Assembly (NCBI GenBank): GCA_963810005.1
Contig: CAWELY010000011.1
Location: forward strand, 122,458-186,457
Direction of reading: 5' to 3'
Source: an uncultured Acidobacteriota bacterium
Lineage (GTDB): Bacteria; Acidobacteriota; Terriglobia; UBA7540
Length of the DNA: 64,000 nucleotides
Part shown: piece after piece, positions 57,020-64,000 of the stretch
How positions within the stretch are numbered: the stretch's first letter is position 1
How the letters are laid out: each line of letters starts with the position of its first letter
Notes under the pieces: generated by a model
Databases searched by the model: none
Seen by the model: the letters and a program-made list of their open reading frames with translations, nothing else
What the model was told of the DNA's origin: nothing
Position numbers and translations under genes: made by a program

Positions 57020-57747
57020 ATGGCGTACCCAAGCATTCCAAAACGCGTAGCGGCGGTCAGGGAGGTAATAATCGTGCAACCGGCCGAAGCTGAAGGTCCG
57101 CCGCACTTAGGACTTGGTGATGGATTCTCGCTTCTGGAGATGATGGCGGTGATCGAAGACCAGTGGCGAGTGATTAGTGGCCAGTGGCGAGCAGGAAAGG
57201 CGGAAGAACAGTGGCGATTGACGAGCGGAAAGAGCAGGTCACAGGGAAAAGGTTACGGGGAAGAGAAGCAAGAGAGAATAGTGACAAGTGACGAGCGGAA
57301 ACCCAAAGCTGAACTACAGTGACGGGTGGCAAGTGACGAGTGACGAGCGGAATGACAACTCGCGTGGCTTCTCGCTTCTGGAGATGATGACGGTGATCGA
57401 CGCTGATCCTCATCCTGGCGACCTTCGCCATGCCCATTTACCATACGGTGGTCAGTGCGGGCGCGCGAAGCCACGCTGCGCGAGGACCTCTTCACGCATG
57501 CGCTCCCAGATCGACCGCTTCACCCACGACAACGAGCGCGGCCCCGCCTCACTCGACGAATTGGTGGATAAGGGTTACATGGGGGCCATCCCCACCGACC
57601 CCTTTACCGGCTCGAACGAAACCTGGCAAGTCGAAACCGAGGACACGTCCCTCTCCCTCGATGATTCCGCCCCGCTGGGAATCGTGGACGTCCACAGCGG
57701 CTCGCGAGGACAATTCGCTCGACGGCACGCCCTACAGTAGTTGGTAG
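57020..57747 (+). pseudogene. type II secretion / type IV pilin-like pseudopilin (prepilin N-terminal methylation motif), split by a repeat block and frameshifted
   Basis: The GFSLLEMM(A/T)VI motif occurs twice (57122 and 57366). After the second copy, the restored frames give TLILILATFAMPIYHTVVSA.AREATLREDLFT.MRSQIDRFTHDNERGPASLDELVDKGYMGAIPTDPFTG, which is GspG-like. There are 3 frame changes within ~100 nt. Confidence 0.6.
57157..57365. repeat. GTGGCGAG/GTGACGAG heptamer word block lying between the two 35-nt pilin duplicates
   Basis: CAGTGGCGAGTGATTAGTGGCCAGTGGCGAGCAGG..AGTGACAAGTGACGAGCGG..GTGACGGGTGGCAAGTGACGAGTGACGAGCGG. The same word family is found inside mfd at 33085-33195. Confidence 0.65.
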
Positions 57748-57956
57748 CGCAGGACCCGCTCTCCGGTCCTGCGGCTTTTCCCGCGGTCCGGGGTCCGAAG
57801 TCCGGAGTCGCAAGAACCGGGGCGAGTGGCAAGCAGGAAAGCCAGAAGAACAGGGCCGCGTTCCACGAAAGGGAACTACATCCTTAGCCCGTCAACTGAC
57901 GGATGAAACCGGAGGAAGCCCGGAAAATCAGGTTCCGGCCCGGAAGGGGCCAAACC

Positions 57957-58452
57957 GGTGGCACGGGCGTCTCGCCCGCGAAGGGTCACGGCCAGGATGG
58001 CCGTGCCACAACATTTCCCCGGTGGCACAGGCGTTCCGCCCGTGAAGGGTCACGGCCAGGGCGGCCGTGGCACAACATTTCCCCGGTGGCACGGGCGTCT
58101 CGCCCGCGAGCAGTCACGGCCAGGATGGCCGTGCCACAACATTTCCCCGGTGGCACGGGCGTCTCGCCCGCGAGCAGTCACGGCCAGGATGGCCGTGCCA
58201 CAACATTTCCCCGGTGGCACGGGCGTCTCGCCCGTGAAGGGTCACGGCCAGGACGGCCGCGCCACAACATTTCCCCGGTGGCACGGGCGTCTCGCCCGTG
58301 AAGGGTCACGGCCAGGACGGCCGTGCCACAACATTTCCCCGGTGGCACGGGCGTCCCGCCCGTGAAGGGTCATGGCCAGGACGGCCGTGCCACGTCGGGC
58401 AGGGCCCGTCACCCGAGGCTCTTACGGGCACGGGCAGGATGCCCGTGCCACT
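57957..58452. repeat. tandem array of ~7 units of a 64-bp repeat, plus a degenerate terminal unit
   Basis: Units start at 57957, 58021, 58085, 58149, 58213, 58277 and 58341, an exact 64-nt period. Each unit is GGTGGCACGGGCGTCTCGCCCG.GA.GGTCACGGCCAGGATGGCCGTGCCACAACATTTCCCC with two hairpins. Confidence 0.9.
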
Positions 58453-58632
58453 TCCTCCCGCGTGACACACTTCCCCACATCGGTTATCGACAGTGCGGGG
58501 TGAGGAGATGAATCAATTTGCCGGCTTCGAAAGGTTTTCAATGGCCCGATGTCCCGATGAACCGATGGCCCGATCCCCAGACCCGTGACGAGGGGCAAGG
58601 GCAGAGGGCAGATTCAAGTCTCTGACCTGTAG

Positions 58633-58652
58633 GGGCGCTTCGCGAAGCGCCC
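58633..58652. repeat. perfect 20-nt palindrome GGGCGCTTCGCGAAGCGCCC
   Basis: Read directly. Related to 18571-18600. Confidence 0.6.
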
Positions 58653-59200
58653 TGATCACCCCCGGAGCGCATTTTCGCTGAGGTTAAGGTGCGGAAGTTA
58701 GCGGGCCTTATTGTCCGAAGATGGAAGGGCGGGGCTTTACAGGGTCCGAAAAAACTCGCCTGCGCCGTGTTTCCGGGCTTTTTGTTCTCAATATTGAGGG
58801 AAGCGACATATTATCCCTCGTCCCAATAGGCGGGTACTAAGCACCGATTCGTCCCTTTTCGTGGGCAATCGTGGGTTATCAACCCAAAGGTCCGCTCAAG
58901 GGGTGATTGGAATCGCACTTTGGAGCACCGTATTTCACTTTTAGGCCTGCACTCGCTAGAACCGCTTAGCACCCTCTGGCCACCATCTTCGGGCACCTGC
59001 CCACTGTCCACTTCCTACTTGCCCTTCGAGTGCGCAATGCGCGTTCCCGCCATTCCCTGCAAGGCTTCAGGAGTCCCTTCCGGGGAGTTTCGGTTATCGT
59101 CGGGTTCAGGTGAGATGGCCCGATGACCCGATGGGCCGATTCTCTTCGGCTTCCTTCTGACTATGCAATCCACGGCGAATTGAGTACTCTGAAAGCAGGT

Positions 59201-59284
59201 GCAGCGCGGACCCGTTTTGCAGGTCCGGGGCTCGTCCGCGATGGGCAAGGAAAAGCCGCGGACTACAGAACCGGTCCGCGCTAC
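59201..59284. repeat. double-hairpin REP-like element, copy 3 (more diverged)
   Basis: GCAGCGCGGACCCGTTTTGCAGGTCCGGGG..CCGCGGACTACAGAACCGGTCCGCGCTAC, immediately upstream of the M16 peptidase start. Confidence 0.7.
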
Positions 59285-59315
59285 CCTTCTCGTGCTTACC
59301 ATCAGGGGGAATTTC

Positions 59316-62030
59316 ATGTTGCGCATTCACTACTTCCAGCGGCGGGGCCGTTTGTCGAATTTCACCAGGCTTGCTCTGATCACCGGCGTGATTACATTAC
59401 TGTTCTGCGCTTCACTCGATTCGGCGAGCCCCGGAGCTGAGCAGTCTGCCAACGTTACGCGAGCCACTCTCGCCAACGGACTCCGCGTGGTTATTGTCCG
59501 CGACACACTGGCTCCGGTCGTGACCACGGTCATGAACTATCAGGTGGGCTCGAATGAGGCGCCGGCAGGATTTCCGGGCATGGCGCACGCCCAGGAACAC
59601 ATGATGTTTCGCGGGAGCCCGAGCCTGTCGGCAGATCAACTGGCTGATATTTCGGCGGCCATGGGCGGCGATTTTAACGCCGACACGCAGCAAACCGTGA
59701 CGCAGTATTTCTTTACGGTCCCGGCGGAAGACCTGGATGTTGCCTTGCACCTTGAGGCGATTCGGATGCGCGGTTCTCTCGACACCGAGGACCTTTGGAA
59801 GGAGGAGCGTCCCGCCATCGAGCAGGAGGTGGCGGCGGACCTCTCCAATCCGCAATATGTCTTTTACACGCAGTTGCTGGGGGCCATGTTCCAAGGAGCC
59901 CCTTACGCCCATGATGCGCTGGGCACGCGCCCGTCTTTTGACCAAACCACCGGGCAAATGCTCCATCAGTTTTATGACGCGTGGTACGCACCCAACAACG
60001 CGATTTACGTAATTGCCGGAGATGTGGAACCCGAGCACGTTCTGGCACAAGTCAAGGCGCTTTTTGGCGATATTCCCAAGAAGACTCTTCCCGCCAAGCC
60101 CCCGGTCAACCTGGAAGCGGTGAAGGGCAAGGCGCTGGCGCTCCCCACCGACCTTCCTTACGGGCTGGCGGTGGTTTCCTTCCGCATGCCGGGGTCGAAC
60201 AGCCCGGACTATGCCGCCACCCAATTGCTGGGGGACGTGCTCAGCAGCCAGCGGGGCAGTTTGTATGCTTTGGTTCCGCAAGGGAAGGCGCTCTACGCCG
60301 GGTTCTCCCTATCGACGCTGCCCGAGGCAAGCCTGGGCTACGCCTTGGCCGTCTTCCCGCAGGGCGGCAGCGGCGACGATCTGGTCAATGAAATCAAAAA
60401 AATCCTGTCCGATGACGTGAAAAGCGGCCTGCCCTCCGATCTGATAGAAGCGGCGCGACGGCACGAGATCGTCGACGCCGAATTCCAAAGAAACTCGGTT
60501 TCGGGACTAGCCATGGAGTGGTCGGAAGCGGTCGCGATCGAGGGCCGCGAGTCGCCCGACGAGGATATCCAGGCCATCGCCAAAGCCTCCCCGGAGGATG
60601 TGGGGCGCATGGCGCGGCAATACCTGAACTTCGATCAGGCCATAACCGCCGTTCTCACTCCGCAGCCCTCGGGGAAGCCGATTTCTTCCAGTGCCTTCGG
60701 CGGCAAGGAGTCCCTGGCGTCCACCCAGACTCACCCGGTCGAACTCCCCGAGTGGGCGGCGAAGGCTCTTAGCCGCCTGTCGGTGCCGGAATCGAGCGTC
60801 CGTCCGGTGGTCACAACCTTGTCCAACGGTCTGAGACTTATTATCCAGCCAGAGTCGGTTAGCAACACAGTAAGTGTCTGGGGTCAAATCAAAAACAATT
60901 CCAACGTGGAAGCGCCGGAAAGCAAGCAGGGCGTGGGTAGCATTCTCGATCAGCTCTTTGAATATGGAACCACCACGCTCGACCGGCTGGCATTTCAGAA
61001 GGCGCTCGATGACATTGGCGCGGAAGAGTCCGCCGGGGCGGGTTTTTCCTTGCAGGTTCTACCCGCGCAGTTCGAGCGGGGCGTGCAGCTTTTGGCGGAA
61101 AACGAACTCAACCCGGCCCTGCCGGAAGACGCCTTCAAAACCGTGCAGCGGCGGCTTGCCTCGGCCGTGGCGGGCCAACTGCAAAGCCCCGATTTTCTGA
61201 CCCATCAAGCGGTGAATACGGCGCTTTTCCCCAAAGATGATCCGAGTTTGCGCCACGCGACGCCCGCCACCGTGCAATCCTTGAGCTTGCAGGACGTCAA
61301 GGATTACTACCAACGTACTTTCCGGCCGGATCTGGCCGCCATCGTAGTCATCGGAAACGTTACCCCGGATGAGGCGAAGGCCGTCATCACCAAGTACTTT
61401 GCAGACTGGAAAGCAGTGGGCGAAAAGCCGAATACCGATTTTCCGATGCCGCCGCCCAATAAGGCTTCTGCGACGGCGGTCCCCAATGCCAGCCGGGTTC
61501 AGGACGAGGTCACGCTGGCGGAGACCCTGGGCCTGAACCGCTTTAATCCCGACTATTACGCCCTCGAACTGGGAAACCACGTTCTGGGAGGTGGCTTCTA
61601 CGCCACCCGCTATTACCGCGACTTGCGCGAAAAAGGCGGACTGGTTTATTCCGTTTCGTCCTCCTTCAATGTGGGAAAGACTCGCGGGGTTTACGAGGTC
61701 CACTACGGTTGTGATTCCCCCAACGTCTCCAAAGCGCACAGCATTGTGGCCCGCGATTTGAAGGACATGCAGACGGCGCCGCCCACGGGCCACGAACTGG
61801 AGGAGGCGAAGGCACTCCTGCTGCGGGAGATTCCACTTTCCGAGTCGAGTGTCGACACTATTGCCGGCGGGATGCTTTCCCGGGCCTTACTGGGGCTGCC
61901 GCTGGATGAGCCCATCCAGGCCGCGCGCCATTACGTAGCCCTCACGCCAGAGGATGTCCGGGTGGCCTTCGCCAAATGGATTCGGCCGGATGATTTGGTC
62001 CAGGTAACGCAGGGCCCCGCGCCGCAGTGA
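59316..62030 (+). CDS. M16-family zinc metallopeptidase (pitrilysin/insulinase type, duplicated two-domain architecture)
   Basis: ATG at 59316. N-terminal anchor LALITGVITLLFCA. The inverted zinc motif HxxEH is in GMAHAQEHMMFRGS. The ~904-aa ORF is intact, with a second M16-like half (LSNGLRLIIQPE...). Confidence 0.9.
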   Translation: MLRIHYFQRRGRLSNFTRLALITGVITLLFCASLDSASPGAEQSANVTRATLANGLRVVIVRDTLAPVVTTVMNYQVGSNEAPAGFPGMAHAQEHMMFRGSPSLSADQLADISAAMGGDFNADTQQTVTQYFFTVPAEDLDVALHLEAIRMRGSLDTEDLWKEERPAIEQEVAADLSNPQYVFYTQLLGAMFQGAPYAHDALGTRPSFDQTTGQMLHQFYDAWYAPNNAIYVIAGDVEPEHVLAQVKALFGDIPKKTLPAKPPVNLEAVKGKALALPTDLPYGLAVVSFRMPGSNSPDYAATQLLGDVLSSQRGSLYALVPQGKALYAGFSLSTLPEASLGYALAVFPQGGSGDDLVNEIKKILSDDVKSGLPSDLIEAARRHEIVDAEFQRNSVSGLAMEWSEAVAIEGRESPDEDIQAIAKASPEDVGRMARQYLNFDQAITAVLTPQPSGKPISSSAFGGKESLASTQTHPVELPEWAAKALSRLSVPESSVRPVVTTLSNGLRLIIQPESVSNTVSVWGQIKNNSNVEAPESKQGVGSILDQLFEYGTTTLDRLAFQKALDDIGAEESAGAGFSLQVLPAQFERGVQLLAENELNPALPEDAFKTVQRRLASAVAGQLQSPDFLTHQAVNTALFPKDDPSLRHATPATVQSLSLQDVKDYYQRTFRPDLAAIVVIGNVTPDEAKAVITKYFADWKAVGEKPNTDFPMPPPNKASATAVPNASRVQDEVTLAETLGLNRFNPDYYALELGNHVLGGGFYATRYYRDLREKGGLVYSVSSSFNVGKTRGVYEVHYGCDSPNVSKAHSIVARDLKDMQTAPPTGHELEEAKALLLREIPLSESSVDTIAGGMLSRALLGLPLDEPIQAARHYVALTPEDVRVAFAKWIRPDDLVQVTQGPAPQ

Positions 62031-62178
62031 GAGGTGGGAGTGGAAAACCAAGGGTGGCGCAGCGCGGCGGAACCGCAAGAGAAAGTCAAAACGCCAAGCG
62101 CAAAAGGCAAAAGTGAAAAGACGCGCCTCCAATGTCCCTTGCCAGCATGGCAACGAGCGGGAGGCCACCCGGGACTTG

Positions 62179-62909
62179 TTACATTGCCACGAATCGATTG
62201 TCGGTGGCTTTCTGGAGCGACTTCGCAAATGTTTCCCAGGGGCAGCCGATACTCGCGGTTGCGAGTTTGCAACCTTCGACCATTACATCTTCTTTTGCGG
62301 GCGGCGCGGGCAGGGTGAGGGGGGTGGCGCTGCGCATCTGCTCGAGGGTCTGGGCAAGATACTGGGTTTGCACGAAGTAGTGGCCGGTGCCCGACTGCTG
62401 CCACAGGGAAAAGATCAGCGCGCCGCCGGGGGGTGTTTCGTCTGGTGGATAACCCGCCAATCCCCAAGAAAGGCCGAGCATGCCCGAGAGGTTCGCCAGG
62501 TTGGTATCGTGGCCCGACAAGATCAAGACCGCAGCTCCGGGAGAGCACAGCGCTCCCGGCGCCGCCTTTCCGGTTTCCGCCTGCTCCATCGATCTCAATA
62601 CATGATCGAGCAGGTTTGAACCCCTTGTTTGAGCAAGATACAGGGTGCGCCGCGTCAAGTCCGAGGACACCGCGTGGAGTTCGAGGACGCGCGACAATGT
62701 GTCCGCATCGAGGCGCCCCAGCCGAGATCCTTGCCTTGCATGCCATCGGTGTATTCGAGCAGTAGATCCGGCCACGGCTCCGCCGCGTACTGATTGAGGC
62801 GGTCGGAGGTCCATGTGGGTGAGCGCACTCCGCGCCGGGTGATGATGACCACGTAACGGAGTTGCGCGGGTAGGGCGGCGCCGGCGGCTACATTGCCGAC
62901 GCCCACCAC
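62179..62909 (-). pseudogene. histidine acid phosphatase (branch 2, phytase/AppA-like), frameshifted and N-terminally incomplete
   Basis: LRYVVIITRRGVRSPTW is the RHGxRxP-type motif, but it reads RRG. The C-terminal LILSGHDTNLANL is the HD motif. Pieces lie in ORFs 62655-62909 and 62179-62952. Confidence 0.55.
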
Positions 62910-62968
62910 CCACGTGAACCGGGGACAAAATCACCCTTGGGAAACGGCCCAAGGCAACCCCACTGTCC

Positions 62969-63054
62969 GGTTGTAGGGGTACGGCTTGCCGTACCCTCTT
63001 GGCTTGGTCGCGCGGTAAATGTGAGGAGGGTACGGCAAGCCGTACCCCTACAAC
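62969..63054. repeat. long inverted repeat: 30-nt perfect arms GGTTGTAGGGGTACGGCTTGCCGTACCCTC / GAGGGTACGGCAAGCCGTACCCCTACAACC with a 26-nt spacer
   Basis: Arms at 62969-62998 and 63025-63054, read directly. Each arm also contains its own palindrome GGTACGGCTTGCCGTACC. Confidence 0.85.
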
Positions 63055-63066
63055 CCACTACTTTTC

Positions 63067-63400
63067 ATGATTAAGGCTATAGCGCAGGCCCACGGCTATG
63101 GTCGGTTTGTACCCTTCGGTCTGTTGACTTCAACGGCTTCCACGAGATCCGCCGGAATGACGTCGAGCCGTATCTGGCGGACGTCCGCCTCCGGAGAAGG
63201 AATCGATATCCCGTCGATCATCGTATTGGTGAGGCGCGGCTCCGTGCCGCGCACCTGGATATACTCACCCTCACCTTCGCTCCGTTGCAGAGCGATGGAA
63301 GGCATCCGGCCAAGAGCATCGGCCACATTAGCATTGGGTAGGGAAGTAATGACATCCGCAGGTAGAACTTGAAGACGGATTGATGACAGTTTGCCATGCA
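63067..63400 (-). pseudogene. TonB-dependent receptor remnant (plug-domain fragment joined to a short C-terminal barrel end)
   Basis: VLPADVITSLPNANVADALGRMPSIALQRSEGEGEYIQVRGTEPRLTNTMIDGISIPSPEADVRQIRLDVIPADLVEAVEV is a plug domain. The following frame gives ..GYKPTIAVGLRYSLNHEK*. No barrel lies between them. Confidence 0.5.
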
Positions 63401-63863
63401 GGCTGCCCGTTCGCCGTATTCAGTGGCCGGTGAAGTGGCAGGGAATGTCCGGGAGCGACAGGTGAAGCGCATCTTGCCGAGGTCAGAACTGCACGGATTG
63501 CTACCCGCTACTGCTGGCCTCGCGGTGGGCGACACACAAGGAGGAATTCAGCCGTCTTCTTTGCTGGGCGGTATAATCCTCTCGCCACAGGGTCGGCACC
63601 CCGGCCGGCCGATCTTTATGGCGACCGGCTTCTTCCTGCCGGCTATGCCTTCGCCGTTATAATGAAGCGGCCACAGTCAGATCTGGACTGACTACTTGCT
63701 GCACGCGGCGTTTAAGGTCAATCCCTAGCGCCGGGAGTGCCCTCGGCGCAATGCGCGCCCGTCCGGATCCGGGCGGAGGGGAATCAGTTGACTGGTATCC
63801 CCACCGCGACCGGCTGTTTGCTCTTTCCCGATGAGATGCGGACAGATGATCGGAGGTTCAGCC

Positions 63864-64000
63864 ATGGCTTCTCCTCGTCAAATTCGAAAAGTGGTCATAG
63901 CACTTCTATTCTTGCAGGTCACCGCTTGCGCTGCGGGCCAAACGGTCGGGCAGTGGGAGGTCTTCGAAATGAGCATGACCGCCCGCACGGCGTACGCCAA
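63864..64000 (+). CDS. secreted protein, N-terminal part only (runs off the window end); possibly DUF5060-type
   Basis: GGAGG precedes the ATG at 63864. MASPRQIRKVVIALLFLQVTACAAGQTVGQWEVFEMSMTARTAYA has a signal peptide, and the QWEVFE start resembles DUF5060 N-termini as I recall them. Confidence 0.45.
   Translation, partial: MASPRQIRKVVIALLFLQVTACAAGQTVGQWEVFEMSMTARTAYA

Noticed and set aside
57903-58365. ORFs of 132 and 135 aa across the tandem array (..GRLAREGSRPGRP.HNISPVARASRP..)
   Set aside because: The periodic peptide simply mirrors the 64-nt DNA repeat. There is no start context and no homology.
57957-58452. Possible CRISPR array (regular 64-nt spacing, palindromic repeat parts)
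   Set aside because: The whole 64-nt unit is conserved from copy to copy, so there are no unique spacers. No cas genes or leader are nearby. It is a plain tandem repeat.
58800-59100. Riboswitch, RNase P, tmRNA or group II intron fragment
   Set aside because: I scanned both strands by eye. There is no GAGGAAAGUCC (RNase P), no tmRNA ends, no domain V-like GAGCCGUAU..stem and no TPP, cobalamin or glycine cores. The region is left as unexplained non-coding sequence.
59412-61793. Minus-strand ORFs 59412-60281 and 61059-61793
   Set aside because: They lie antisense to the intact M16 peptidase ORF.

Overview
High-GC bacterial chromosomal window. Gene content and repeat types suggest a soil Acidobacteriota-like organism, but that is inference only.

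I can support about 50 protein genes:
- A toxin-antitoxin island at 1-7000, holding an AbrB-type antitoxin with a VapC remnant, HigBA, and a Phd/VapC pair.
- Housekeeping genes: mfd, dusB, rsmI, ackA, nagA, an Fpg/Nei glycosylase and tRNA-Gln(CTG).
- A rubrerythrin / Fe-S CCG protein / DUF3501 operon.
- Two paralogous ABC-2 exporters.
- A Ser/Thr kinase next to a PEGA-PDZ protein.
- An M16 peptidase, several hydrolases and oxidoreductases.
- One intact IS630 element with a TA target duplication.
- A REP/RAYT (Y1 transposase) locus with one intact and one internally deleted copy.

No CRISPR array, rRNA or prophage is visible.

Two things dominate the window. First, roughly half of the conserved genes are interrupted by frameshifts or an in-frame stop. 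The breaks are clustered and some sit in homopolymer runs, so sequence error must be excluded before calling pseudogenes. Second, the repeat landscape is unusually rich. The most notable family is arrays of degenerate 7-nt words arranged as imperfect inverted pairs. The same words recur at distant loci, and in three places the arrays sit inside genes or operons: in frame inside mfd, splitting a pilin gene, and between the ATPase and permease genes of both ABC operons.

Other repeats are:
- 259-bp composite repeats that alternate with the TA modules.
- A double-hairpin REP-like family.
- A covarying CACGGNCAG hairpin family.
- A 7-unit 64-bp tandem array.

Functional calls rest on motif recognition by eye. 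No database search was run.
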